This document shows positions 48,926 to 59,793 of a DNA stretch of 64,000 nt, one piece after another. The stretch is from positions 60,906-124,905 of the forward strand of contig CAYYWG010000014.1 of NCBI GenBank assembly GCA_964475335.1, written 5' to 3'. Both the position numbers and the translations under genes were made by a program. The stretch's first letter is position 1. Each line of letters opens with the position of its first letter. The notes beneath the pieces are model-generated. The model ran no database searches. It was given only the letters and a program-made list of their open reading frames with translations, and was not told where the DNA came from. Source of the stretch: an uncultured bacterium (GTDB taxonomy: Bacteria; Cyanobacteriota; Cyanobacteriia; Leptolyngbyales; Leptolyngbyaceae).

Positions 48926-50800
48926 TTAGCGTTTGGCTAGGCGCTTGGCTTTTGCGACTTTGCGGAGCCGAATTGATTCTGGCGTAATTTCCAGCAATTC
49001 GTCAGGGCCGATGTATTCCAGTGCCCGTTCCAGGCTCATTTCCATCGGGGCTTGCAATTGCACGAGTTCATCGCCGCTGGCAGCCCGGTGGTTGGTCAAC
49101 TGCTTGGTTTTACACACGTTGATCTCCAGATCTTGAGAACGATTGTGTTCCCCAATGATCATGCCTTTGTAAACGCGAGTGCCCGGTGTGATGAAGAATA
49201 CACCCCGATCTTCAGCGTTTTTCATGGCATAAAAAGTAGCTGTGCCTTCTTCAAAGGAAATCAGCACGCCATTCCGACGGGCATCAATGTCACCAACGAT
49301 GGGTCGATAGTCAAAGAAGCTGTGGCTCATGATCCCATCACCCCGAGTCAGGCGCATGAATTCACCCCGGAAGCCGATCAACCCTCGTGCCGGAATGACG
49401 AATTCCAGTTGAGTCCGACCATTGGCACCGACTTGCATGTCTTGCATTTCGGCTTTGCGCTGCCCCAACCGTTCGATACAGCCACCGGAAGAGTCTTCGG
49501 GTACATCCAACACCAGGGTTTCATAAGGTTCGCAGGGTTGGCCGCTGACTTCCCGGTAAATGACCTGCGGCTGGGAGACCTGGAATTCGTAGCCTTCCCG
49601 TCGCATGGTTTCGATCAAAATGCCCAGGTGCAATTCACCACGACCAGACACTTGGAAGCGATCAGGGGAATCGGTTTCTTCGACCCGGAGGGCAACGTTG
49701 GTTTCGAGTTCCCGCATGAGGCGATCGCGGACTTGCCGCGAAGTGACCAGTTTTCCTTCTTGGCCGGCAAACGGCGAATCATTGACTGAAAACGTCATTT
49801 GCAAGGTGGGTTCATCCACTTTAATCAGCGGTAAGGCTTGGGGATTGTCTGGATCAGTGATCGTCTCACCGATGTTGGCATCCGCAAAACCCGCTACTGC
49901 GACGATTTGCCCCGCAGAGGCTTCGTCAACATCGACCCGCTTCAGGCCATCAAAGCCCATCAATTTAGAAATTTTGGACTTCACGATAGAGCCATCTTCC
50001 GTCACCAGGGCGGCCTGTTGCCCCGATCGCAGGATGCCGTTGTGGATCCGACCAATCACAATCCGGCCCAGGTACTCAGAGTAGTCCAGGGTGGTGACTT
50101 GCAATTGCAACGGAGCGCTGGGATCACCGACTGGGGGCGGCACATGGCGCAAAAAGGCTTCAAACAGGGGTTTCATGTCCACCCGTTCATCATCCAGGCC
50201 ATCAATGGCAAACCCCGCCAAACCAGAGGCAAAGAGATAGGGAAACTCGCATTGGTCATCGTCTGCGCCGAGTTCCAAGAACAGATCGAGAACTTTGTCG
50301 ATCGCCCCGTGGGGATCGGCCTGGGGTCGGTCGATTTTGTTAACCAAAACGATAGGGCGTAACCCTTTTTCCAACGCCTTTTTCAAGACAAAGCGAGTTT
50401 GGGGCATGGGGCCTTCGTTGGCATCCACAATCAACAGACAACCATCCACCATGCCGAGCACCCGCTCAACTTCGCCCCCAAAGTCGGCGTGGCCAGGGGT
50501 GTCTACGATATTGATCAGGGTGTCCTTGTAGTGCACAGCGGTGTTTTTGGACAGAATGGTAATGCCCCGTTCCCGCTCTAGGTCGTTCGAGTCCATGACG
50601 CAATCCGGTACTTCTTCCCCTTCTCGAAACGTGCCCGATTGTTTCAGCAATGCATCCACAAGGGTTGTCTTTCCGTGGTCAACGTGGGCAATGATAGCAA
50701 CATTGCGAATTGGCAAAGTCATAGGAACGTTCCGGTAAAAATTGGAAGGGTTTGAATAGCCAGGGTTGCGAAAACTTAAGAGTTTGCAGGCTTTACACAC
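48926..50800 (-). CDS. typA: Translational GTPase TypA/BipA. The likely true start is Met27 at 50722.
   Basis: G1 [16 protein letters not shown]3 [16 protein letters not shown]4 NKIDR, and EF-G-like domains through to the C-terminus. Confidence 0.95.
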   Translation of the reverse strand: MCKACKLLSFRNPGYSNPSNFYRNVPMTLPIRNVAIIAHVDHGKTTLVDALLKQSGTFREGEEVPDCVMDSNDLERERGITILSKNTAVHYKDTLINIVDTPGHADFGGEVERVLGMVDGCLLIVDANEGPMPQTRFVLKKALEKGLRPIVLVNKIDRPQADPHGAIDKVLDLFLELGADDDQCEFPYLFASGLAGFAIDGLDDERVDMKPLFEAFLRHVPPPVGDPSAPLQLQVTTLDYSEYLGRIVIGRIHNGILRSGQQAALVTEDGSIVKSKISKLMGFDGLKRVDVDEASAGQIVAVAGFADANIGETITDPDNPQALPLIKVDEPTLQMTFSVNDSPFAGQEGKLVTSRQVRDRLMRELETNVALRVEETDSPDRFQVSGRGELHLGILIETMRREGYEFQVSQPQVIYREVSGQPCEPYETLVLDVPEDSSGGCIERLGQRKAEMQDMQVGANGRTQLEFVIPARGLIGFRGEFMRLTRGDGIMSHSFFDYRPIVGDIDARRNGVLISFEEGTATFYAMKNAEDRGVFFITPGTRVYKGMIIGEHNRSQDLEINVCKTKQLTNHRAASGDELVQLQAPMEMSLERALEYIGPDELLEITPESIRLRKVAKAKRLAKR

Positions 50801-51002
50801 AGACTAACAAATTGGCGTAAAGAACCCTTCACAATTGTAACCTGTGGTTTACAAATCAACGACGGAGAGAATTACTGAATTCCTGGAATGATCATGAAGC
50901 GGGTGGAATGGCTGGGGCAGGAAGAAGGCTGGGTGGGCGATCGCGCCGGGGTAGGGCAACGCTGGCGATCGCCCAAGTCATTGTCCTAGGAATCAGGCTT
51001 GA

Positions 51003-51707
51003 CTAAACCGAGTGGCGATCGTCAGCCGCAACCGTTTCGGGCTGGGCGGTTGGCAAGGGTAGGTCATACCCCGGCGCTAATTCTGGCGGTGGTGCAAGCC
51101 GCTGAGGACTAGCTAAATATTGCCCGTCATGCACAGGTTCAACGGCCTTCATGGTGTGCATTCGGCTGTAATAGCGATGGGTTTGTTGGGCAATGTGCCG
51201 CTCTTGAATGCTTTCATTACCAATTTTTTTCCGCAATTTGATGATGGCATCCATGATGGCTTCGGGGCGAGGCGGACATCCCGGCAGATACACATCGACC
51301 GGAATCAATTTATCAACTCCGCGCACGACATTCGGTGAATCGACGCTAAACATTCCCCCGGTAATCGTACACGCGCCCATCGCAATCACATACTTGGGTT
51401 CGGGCATTTGCTCATACAGGCGAATCAATGCGGGGGCATATTTCATGGTGATGGTGCCTGCGGTGATCATGAGATCGGCTTGGCGGGGCGTCATCCGGGG
51501 AAAAATGCCAAAGCGCTCTAGATCGAAGCGGGAACCCAACATGGCGCTAAATTCGATGAAGCAGCAGGCCGTGCCAAACATGAGCGGATACATGCTCGAC
51601 ATTTTGGCCCAACTGTAAAGGTCGTCAACGGTAGTGAGGATGACATTTTCGGAAAGATTGTTGGTGACTTGGGGCCGTTCTGCTGAAGGAAGGATGGATT
51701 GAGTCAT
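51003..51707 (-). CDS. ndhK: NAD(P)H-quinone oxidoreductase (NDH-1) subunit K
   Basis: [17 protein letters not shown], the N2 cluster cysteines in GTACCFIEF / GACTITGG / PGCPPRPE, and the cyanobacterial tail [11 protein letters not shown]. Confidence 0.9.
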   Translation of the reverse strand: MTQSILPSAERPQVTNNLSENVILTTVDDLYSWAKMSSMYPLMFGTACCFIEFSAMLGSRFDLERFGIFPRMTPRQADLMITAGTITMKYAPALIRLYEQMPEPKYVIAMGACTITGGMFSVDSPNVVRGVDKLIPVDVYLPGCPPRPEAIMDAIIKLRKKIGNESIQERHIAQQTHRYYSRMHTMKAVEPVHDGQYLASPQRLAPPPELAPGYDLPLPTAQPETVAADDRHSV

Positions 51708-52011
51708 GGTGTGTCCTGAGGCGCGGTGCAGTAAGGTGGATCACGGCAGTTGCGGCACTCCTGGGTGGCTCATCAGCGCAGGGCAGAGCCAAATGAGAAG
51801 GGCGAACTTGGAAGGCAGGGAGGAGTTCGCAAGGTGCTGTGGTTTTCGCTTACATCCTACTTCACGGGTTTGGGGAATGATGGTCACCCAGCCGGGGGAA
51901 ATGATTGGATGATTTTGCCGCGATCGCCCATCGCATCAGCCCATTGCATCAGTAAGATTGACTGGCCTTTTGGCTGGCCTAGGGCGCGGGTATTGCAGGT
52001 GCAGTCTGGAA

Positions 52012-52269
52012 TTATTGCCCCAAGGTTTCGGTATCGAGTTCGCCCGCGTTGACTTTTTCTGTCACCAATTCTCGATACAGTTCGATCGCACGGAAAAGGT
52101 GTTCGGCGGTGGGCGATTTGGTTGTGGCGATCGCCCGTTGAATCCGTTCAAATTCGTCGCGGGTTACAATGCCGTCGGCTGTCGCCCGATCAATGATGGT
52201 TTTGAGCTGTTCCAGTTCTTGCTGTTCTTGGGGAGTTGGTTGTTGCCCACGAGTTCGTTCCATTTTCAT
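52012..52269 (-). CDS. Small hypothetical protein (85 aa counted from Met53 of the tracked ORF)
   Basis: MKMERTRGQQPTPQEQQELEQLKTIIDRATADGIVTRDEFERIQRAI.... It is helical and charged. I recognise no family, and the start is my choice. Confidence 0.45.
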   Translation of the reverse strand: MKMERTRGQQPTPQEQQELEQLKTIIDRATADGIVTRDEFERIQRAIATTKSPTAEHLFRAIELYRELVTEKVNAGELDTETLGQ

Positions 52270-52546
52270 GGCCGCGATGCCTCCAACGGTGCTGAATGAG
52301 AAAGGGCTAACCGGAGCGGAACCAGGGGGCGATCGCGGGAACGAACCACCCCAAGCAATACCACCATCATGGCTGGGATCAACCTCTGTCAGCCAGACGC
52401 ACCAAGCAGTTGGCCTGCGGAGCATAACCGCACTTAGCCCCTTCTTTGCACGCCATTAGCAGCATAGCGCTGAGTGATTTAGAGCAAACAATAACGTCTA
52501 AATCATTTCAGCTTTAGGATAAACGTACCGTCATTTATCCAGTGAA

Positions 52547-53866
52547 ATGCCTGATACCATTGCCCTCATTGCCCATGACTCCAAAAAAGACGCGCTTGTG
52601 AACCTGGCGATCGCCCATGCGCCAGTACTTGCCCGCTATCGGCTCATTGCCACCGGTACCACCGGCCAACGAGTTCAAGCTGCCACCAATCTCGCGATCG
52701 ACCAAAAACTCTCTGGCCCCTTGGGTGGAGACACCCAAATCGCTGCCGAAATCTGTAGTGGCCGTGTCCTGGCTGTAATCTTTCTGGTTGACCCGCTGTA
52801 TGCCCAACCCCACGAACCCGATATCCAAGCCCTACTGCGAGTGTGTAACGTTCATGGGGTCATCCTCGCGACCAACGGCGTCACAGCAGAAGCCGTGCTC
52901 CAGTACTTTGCCAAGCAACAAGAAGCCCATTTGATTTTCAATCCTGTGGCTGGGCAAGGAAACGCCGAGCAAGAATTGCAGTTGATTCAACAACTGTTGC
53001 AGCCCCACATGAACTTGCACATTCACTACACCACATCAGAGATTGGCCCTGCGGAACTCGTCAAAACCGCACTGGAGCGGCAAGCTGATGTCGTGATTGG
53101 GTCAGGGGGCGATGGCACCATCTCAGCAGTCGCTGGGGCGCTGATTGGCACCGACATTCCGATGGGGATCATTCCCCGTGGCACAGCCAACGCCTTTGCA
53201 GTTGCCCTGGGCATTCCACGTTTCTTACCGATTCGCACCGCCTGTCAGGTCATTTTGGCCGGCAACAAACAGAAAGTGGATGCGGCTTATTGCAATGGGG
53301 AACCCATGATCTTATTAGCGGGGATTGGCTACGAAGCCGCAACCGTCGATTTGGCCAGTCGAGAAATGAAAGATCAATGGGGCGTGATGGCCTATCTCAT
53401 GGCGGGGTGGCAAAGCTTGAGTGCCCAAGAAGTCTTTGAGGCTGAACTGGAGGTCGAAGGGGAAGTCCGCCAAATTCAAGCGGCGGCAATTACAGTAGCC
53501 AATGCGGCTCCGCCCACGTCGGTGTTGGCGCAAGGGGGGGGCGAGGTTGTCTATAATGACGGGCTGCTGGATGTGACGGTGGCAACGGCTGAAAGTAAGC
53601 TCCAGGCTGTCACAACCATGTTGACCATGCTAGGGGCGGCTCTGGTCAAAACAAAGACACAGCAACAGAATGTGGTGCATGGTCGTGCCCGCAAGTTGAC
53701 GATCACCACGAATCCACCACAAAAGGTAGTGGTAGATGGGGAAATTGTGGGGACAACACCGATCGCGTTGGAATGCATTCCTGGCGGGTTAACAGTCTTG
53801 GCTCCAACGATCGCGAACCTGGCTGAAACAGACGGGGGCACCGGAGCCACGCAGGACGCTGTATAA
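52547..53866 (+). CDS. Fusion protein: methylglyoxal synthase domain + DAG-kinase-like (DAGK_cat/YegS-type) lipid kinase domain
   Basis: aa 1-120 read IALIAHDSKK...IATGTTG...LSGPLGGDTQ...FLVDPLYAQPHEPDIQALLR and align with E. coli MgsA catalytic positions. aa ~135-439 carry LIFNPVAGQG, GSGGDGTISAV and IIPRGTANAF. Confidence 0.85.
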   Translation: MPDTIALIAHDSKKDALVNLAIAHAPVLARYRLIATGTTGQRVQAATNLAIDQKLSGPLGGDTQIAAEICSGRVLAVIFLVDPLYAQPHEPDIQALLRVCNVHGVILATNGVTAEAVLQYFAKQQEAHLIFNPVAGQGNAEQELQLIQQLLQPHMNLHIHYTTSEIGPAELVKTALERQADVVIGSGGDGTISAVAGALIGTDIPMGIIPRGTANAFAVALGIPRFLPIRTACQVILAGNKQKVDAAYCNGEPMILLAGIGYEAATVDLASREMKDQWGVMAYLMAGWQSLSAQEVFEAELEVEGEVRQIQAAAITVANAAPPTSVLAQGGGEVVYNDGLLDVTVATAESKLQAVTTMLTMLGAALVKTKTQQQNVVHGRARKLTITTNPPQKVVVDGEIVGTTPIALECIPGGLTVLAPTIANLAETDGGTGATQDAV

Positions 53867-53950
53867 AGAGGCCAGGGGCATGGTGCGGCGATCGCCAACC
53901 CGCCCTGTTCGGTGGTTTAACCTGCCGTAGGCTCGTTCCGAACAGCAATA

Positions 53951-54031
53951 TTTTTCGCGGTAGAGGCAATCCCTTGTGGTTGCCCCGGCAGGAGCGGGGG
54001 GTCGAGGCAATCCCTTGTGGTTGCCCCGGCA
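53951..54031 (+). repeat. Two tandem copies (41-bp period) of a short dispersed repeat (core gaggcaatcccttgtggttgccccggca)
   Basis: The 28-nt cores at 53963-53990 and 54004-54031 are identical. Each contains ggcaa-N10-ttgcc. The first copy is preceded by tttttcgcggtag, which recurs in the third family member at 63743-63782 (minus strand). Confidence 0.9.
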
Positions 54032-54036
54032 AGAGT

Positions 54037-54057
54037 GGGCGGACACAAGATCCGCCC
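54037..54057. other. GC-rich hairpin gggcgga-cacaaga-tccgccc in the convergent intergenic region
   Basis: Perfect 7-bp stem with a 7-nt loop. There is no U-tract. It is probably part of the repeat cluster or a transcript-stabilising structure. Confidence 0.5.
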
Positions 54058-54137
54058 CTGCGACTTCTGGTGGTAAATGATCCAGGTTAACCGACCTGAC
54101 CAAATACCAAACATCCAGGCCAAAACGACAAATAAAA

Positions 54138-54162
54138 AACCAGGGGAACGAGCCACCTGGTT
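54138..54162 (-). terminator. Intrinsic terminator of ahcY
   Basis: 7-bp stem aaccagg/cctggtt with an 11-nt loop. On the minus strand it is followed by TTTTTTATTTGTCGTTTT. It lies about 65 nt after the stop at 54227. Confidence 0.55.
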
Positions 54163-54226
54163 GCTGAAGAATGAACAGGGTAACTTAACACCAGTTAACC
54201 CTGCATCCACTTAGAACAATTCCGGC

Positions 54227-55525
<1,299 letters not shown>

Positions 55526-55825
55526 TCAAAATTTGTTCGAGACGATGCGAGCAAGGTTCATTTGCTTTGATGTGCTTTGAATTGGAATCTTTAAGCGACC
55601 AGCCAATGCATATTAAGCGATTTCGGCGGTAAGCTGCAAAGCTCAATACAAAAGCTGATTGATTTGATAAATCTTTATAAGCTTAACGTTTGTTTCGGAA
55701 TTAATTCAATCCTGGTGCATGGGGTTTGTTGGAATCGGAGGTGAGGGGAAGAGCGGTCTTCTATAATCTGGGAACGATGCGTTTTACATCCTGCAATCGG
55801 GCGATCGCCGTGCTGAAATTGTCTG

Positions 55826-58627
55826 GTGAGTCGTGTGGTTGAAAGCAGGCTTACCAAATCGGTACGGTGCTCCCCGTGGCAGGGCTGCTCTGGCCGTTGG
55901 CACAAATGGTTGCTGCTAGTTTTCGCGGTTTTGGTAACTAGGCAAATTTCCCAGGAGTCGCGTTTTATGATTTGGCGTTTCCCCCAACCCAATCAGGCTT
56001 TCGGTTATTGGCGATCGCAGGGTCAGCGATGGCGCAGTCGAGGGCGTTGGCGAAGCTTGGCAATCCTGCTGTTTGGGATCACGGTGATGCTCTGTGTGAT
56101 GAGGGGGCCAGGACTGGCTCAAGTGGCGTCAGGGGCGGGGGCCAGCGCGATCGCCCAGTCGGTGGTGGTGCCAGCGGAGGTGACGTTTGATCAGGGCCGT
56201 CGCTTGTATGAAGCGGGGCGCTATCGGGAGGCGTTGACGGCATTGCAAGTTGCGATGGAGACGTTTCAACAGCGGGGCGATCGCCTGCGGACAGCCATGA
56301 CCCTCAGTAATTTGGCCCTAGTGCAGCAGCAGTTGGGGCAAATTACCGCTGCGATGCAGGCGGTTGACCAAAGTTTGGCGCTGCTCCAGACCGTGCAAAC
56401 GGCGGAACAACCGCAGATTTTGGCGCAAACCCTGGAGGTGCACGGGGGCTTGCAACTTGAGAGGGGGCAGACGGAAGCGGCCTTGCAGACTTGGCAAAAG
56501 ACGGAAATGCTTTATCGCCAATTGGATGATCCGACGGGTTTGGTGCGGAGTCGGTTGAACCAGGCCCAAGCGTTGCAAATTTTGGGGTTTTATCGGCGAT
56601 CGCTGGCGTTGTTGACGGAATTGCAACCGACGCTGCAAGGGCAACCCGATTCGTTGGTGAAGGTGGCAGCCTTGCGATCGCTGGGGGAAGCGTTGCAACT
56701 GGCAGGGGATTTGGAGCGATCGCGCCAAATTTTGGAAACCAGTTTAGCGCTGGCGAGGCGGCTCCAGGCTCCTGGTGAGATCAGTGCGGTTTTGAGCAGT
56801 TTGGGCAATACCGCCCGTGCTCAGCAAAAAGGCCAGGAGGCGATCGCTTACTACGAGGAGGCGACGGCGATCGCCCCTACGCCCCTAAGCCAAACCCAGG
56901 CTCAGATTAATCTGTTGACGTTGTTGGTGAATGACGGCCAAACCACCCAGGCCCAAGCCTTGCGATCGCCCATTCAGGCTCAACTGGGGGCGTTGCCAAC
57001 AAGTCAAGGTAGCATTTATGCCCGTATTAGCTTTGCCCAAAGTGTGATGAAACTGGATGAGGTGGGACAGGCGATCGCCCCAGAACTGGCACGGAGTCTG
57101 GCAACGGCGGCACAACAGGCCAAAACGCTAGGGGATATTCGCGCAGAATCCTATGCCCTGGGGACGCTGGGCCATTTGTATGAACAAGCCGGGCAGTGGC
57201 AAAATTCCCAAACCGTGACCCAACAAGCCCTGACCCTTGCCCGCACCCTCAACGCCGCTGATATTAGCTATCGCTGGTATTGGCAACTGGGTCGCCTCAA
57301 GCGACAACAAGGGGATATTGCCGGGGCGATCGCGGCCTACGACAATGCGGTCGGCGATTTGCAAACCCTCCGAGGCGACCTCGTTTCAGTGAATCGGGAT
57401 GTGCAGTTTTCGTTTCGGGAGAGTGTTGAGCCCGTTTATCGCGAGTCGGTGGCCCTGTTGCTTGAGGCCCAAGGGCAACAACCCAGCGAACCTACCCTCG
57501 ACAAAGCCCGCCAACGGATTGAGGCCCTGCAACTGGCCGAACTGGACAACTTTTTCCAGGAAGCTTGTTTGAATGAGCGCACGGTTTTGCTCGACAAAAT
57601 TGTGGATCAAGACAATCCCACGGCGGCCATCATTTACCCCATCATCTTGCCTGATGCCTTGCAGGTCATTGTCAAAATTCCCAAACAACCCCTGCGCTAT
57701 CACACCATCCGCAAAACCCAGGCAGAAGTGGAAGCGGTGGCCGTTAAACTGCAACAGCGGTTAGTGGAACCCGATGCGGTCAGTGAAGTCAGAAATCTCT
57801 CGCAACAGGTTTACAGTTGGCTAGTTGCGCCCATCGCGTCTGACCTGCAAGCGAGCGGGGTCAATACGTTGGTGTTTGTGCTGGATGGGGCCTTGCGGAG
57901 TGTGCCGATGGCGGCGCTGTATGACGGGAAGCAATATCTGGTTGAAAATTATGCGGTGTCCCTGAGTTTGGGCTTGCAATTGCTGAATCCCAAACCTTTG
58001 GCGGAGGAGAAGCTTCAGGTGTTGGCTGCGGGCCTGGTGCAACCACCGCCCCCTTACGAGCAGTTTCCGCCGTTACCTGAAATTAAGTCTGAGTTTGAGT
58101 TGATTAATCAAGCGGGGGTGGCCAAGCGGCAGTTATTAGATGCGGCGTTTACCAGTCAAGCGTTAGCGAATACGGTGAATGCGGCTCCGTTTAATGTGGT
58201 GCATTTAGCGACCCACGGCCAATTTAGCTCGCAGGCAAAAGATACGTTTATTTTGGCGGCGGATGGCCCCATTAACGTGACGGAGTTGGATTCGCTATTG
58301 CGGAGTCGGGGTCAGACTCAAAATGAGGCGATCGAGTTGTTAGTGTTGAGTGCCTGTCAAACGGCGGCGGGCGATCGCCGCGCGACTTTGGGCTTGGCGG
58401 GGGTGGCCGTTCGGGCGGGGGCACGGAGTACCCTGGCTTCCCTGTGGCAGATCAGCGATCGCTCAACGGCATTATTTATCGGGGAATTTTACCAACAACT
58501 GGCTCAAGGAAATGTGACGAAAGCCGAAGCATTGCGGCAAGCCCAACTCACCCTAATGCGGGAATATCCCAACTTCAATCGTCCAATTTACTGGGCTCCC
58601 TATGTATTAGTGGGGAACTGGCTATAA
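55826..58627 (+). CDS. TPR-repeat + CHAT (caspase-like protease) domain protein with an N-terminal hydrophobic anchor/signal. A plausible start is the ATG at 55967.
   Basis: Anchor/signal WRSLAILLFGITVMLCVMRGPGLAQVASGAGA. About 400 aa of TPR-like repeats. The C-terminal CHAT domain has a His/Cys dyad context: FNVVHLATHGQFSS and ELLVLSACQTAAGD. Confidence 0.85.
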   Translation: MSRVVESRLTKSVRCSPWQGCSGRWHKWLLLVFAVLVTRQISQESRFMIWRFPQPNQAFGYWRSQGQRWRSRGRWRSLAILLFGITVMLCVMRGPGLAQVASGAGASAIAQSVVVPAEVTFDQGRRLYEAGRYREALTALQVAMETFQQRGDRLRTAMTLSNLALVQQQLGQITAAMQAVDQSLALLQTVQTAEQPQILAQTLEVHGGLQLERGQTEAALQTWQKTEMLYRQLDDPTGLVRSRLNQAQALQILGFYRRSLALLTELQPTLQGQPDSLVKVAALRSLGEALQLAGDLERSRQILETSLALARRLQAPGEISAVLSSLGNTARAQQKGQEAIAYYEEATAIAPTPLSQTQAQINLLTLLVNDGQTTQAQALRSPIQAQLGALPTSQGSIYARISFAQSVMKLDEVGQAIAPELARSLATAAQQAKTLGDIRAESYALGTLGHLYEQAGQWQNSQTVTQQALTLARTLNAADISYRWYWQLGRLKRQQGDIAGAIAAYDNAVGDLQTLRGDLVSVNRDVQFSFRESVEPVYRESVALLLEAQGQQPSEPTLDKARQRIEALQLAELDNFFQEACLNERTVLLDKIVDQDNPTAAIIYPIILPDALQVIVKIPKQPLRYHTIRKTQAEVEAVAVKLQQRLVEPDAVSEVRNLSQQVYSWLVAPIASDLQASGVNTLVFVLDGALRSVPMAALYDGKQYLVENYAVSLSLGLQLLNPKPLAEEKLQVLAAGLVQPPPPYEQFPPLPEIKSEFELINQAGVAKRQLLDAAFTSQALANTVNAAPFNVVHLATHGQFSSQAKDTFILAADGPINVTELDSLLRSRGQTQNEAIELLVLSACQTAAGDRRATLGLAGVAVRAGARSTLASLWQISDRSTALFIGEFYQQLAQGNVTKAEALRQAQLTLMREYPNFNRPIYWAPYVLVGNWL

Positions 58628-58734
58628 ACCGGAGTGCATTGGAAACCAGCAGCTTGACTCTCCGGTTCACTGGATGGTTCACAATAGAATCAATTCGATA
58701 GTCCACAGAGTCTCAATGCAACGGAGGTAAATCG

Positions 58735-58929
58735 ATGGCGATCCAGTTCAAAGTCCCCAGTATGGCCTGTTCTGCCTGTGCTGATGCCATTAGCCAAGCG
58801 GTGAAAGCCGTTGATCCGGCGGCGGCGATCGCGGCAGACCCCAAAACCAAACAAGTCGAAATTGAAACGACCCAACCCGAAACAGCGATTAAACAAGCGA
58901 TCGAAGCGGCTGGCTATCCCATTGGCTAA
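58735..58929 (+). CDS. Small heavy-metal-associated (HMA) domain protein, CopZ-like metallochaperone
   Basis: 64 aa. The metal-binding motif is SMACSAC (MxCxxC) at the start of a predicted ferredoxin-like beta-alpha-beta-beta-alpha-beta domain. Confidence 0.75.
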   Translation: MAIQFKVPSMACSACADAISQAVKAVDPAAAIAADPKTKQVEIETTQPETAIKQAIEAAGYPIG

Positions 58930-59107
58930 GCCCTGGGCTGGTTGAACCACTCCTGGCGGTCAGGCTGAGACAGCGGCTTTGGAATTTCTCGTTTATACTG
59001 ACAAGTAATCTTTTGCTCGTCTGTGCAGTTTTGCCTACAGCCGCTTCTGGGCGGCAGGGTATGACTGCATTTGCCTTGAGTGTTCATTTCGTCGTGGAGT
59101 CTGACTT

Positions 59108-59626
59108 GTGCGACCCGATGACATAACCAAACCAGTATCTATGGCCGTTTGCCCAGTCCCGACCGAGCAATTGCCCCTGAACGAATATGACGATCTAAAA
59201 GAGTCTTGGTTTTTTCGGTGGGCAACGTTAGATCTGCATCGCTACCTTCAAAAATTGCTTTGGGTGTGGGTCTGGGGGTTGGCGATCGCGGCTCCGGTGG
59301 CGGCGGCTAGTTTTCCGCCAGCTAAACATCCCCTGCAATTTGGGTTACTCAGTGCGGGGGGAGCCATGTTTTTTGTGCTATTGGCCTTGGCCCGGTTGTA
59401 TTTGGGCTGGGCCTATGTGTCCGCTCGCCTTGCCGATTCCACCGTGGTATATGAAGAGTCTGGCTGGTACGACGGGCAGATTTGGACCAAGCCAACGGAA
59501 GTGTTGATGCGCGATCGCCTGGTCGTCTCCTATCAAATTCAGCCCTTGTTAAAGCGGATGCAAAAAACCTTTGGGGGCATGGTGGCCCTGCTATTATCGG
59601 GGGTTTTGCTGTGGTGCCTCGCGTAG
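59108..59626 (+). CDS. CGLD27/Ycf36-like membrane protein (DUF1230). The tracked start is GTG; an ATG alternative lies at 59141.
   Basis: CPVPTEQLPLNEYDDLKESWFFRWATLDL followed by two TM helices, which is the typical DUF1230 layout. Confidence 0.65.
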   Translation: MRPDDITKPVSMAVCPVPTEQLPLNEYDDLKESWFFRWATLDLHRYLQKLLWVWVWGLAIAAPVAAASFPPAKHPLQFGLLSAGGAMFFVLLALARLYLGWAYVSARLADSTVVYEESGWYDGQIWTKPTEVLMRDRLVVSYQIQPLLKRMQKTFGGMVALLLSGVLLWCLA

Positions 59627-59793
59627 GCAGATAGACCCGATCGCGATCGCCCCAAAAGATTAATTCATCACAAAGATTGATGGACGCAAAAACAGGACTT
59701 AAGGCTTGACGGAATGCGCCTCAAGCCGGAGAAATTCTTCTCCCCGAAGCAGACGGGAGGCAATACACTATTAGGGTAGAAGAAGATGTACCA

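Noticed and set aside
53963-54031. Possible mini CRISPR array
   Set aside because: There are only two 28-nt repeats with a 13-nt spacer and no cas genes. The unit belongs to a dispersed repeat family with an inverted third copy.
55762-55767. Perfect TATAAT upstream of the CHAT gene as a promoter -10 box
   Set aside because: No acceptable -35 lies at 17 +/- 1 bp and the true start codon of the gene is uncertain. It cannot be supported without TSS data.
58735-58929. The HMA chaperone as the Cu supplier for the ethylene-binding-domain kinase
   Set aside because: The two genes are more than 22 kb apart with many unrelated genes between them. There is no sequence evidence for a link.
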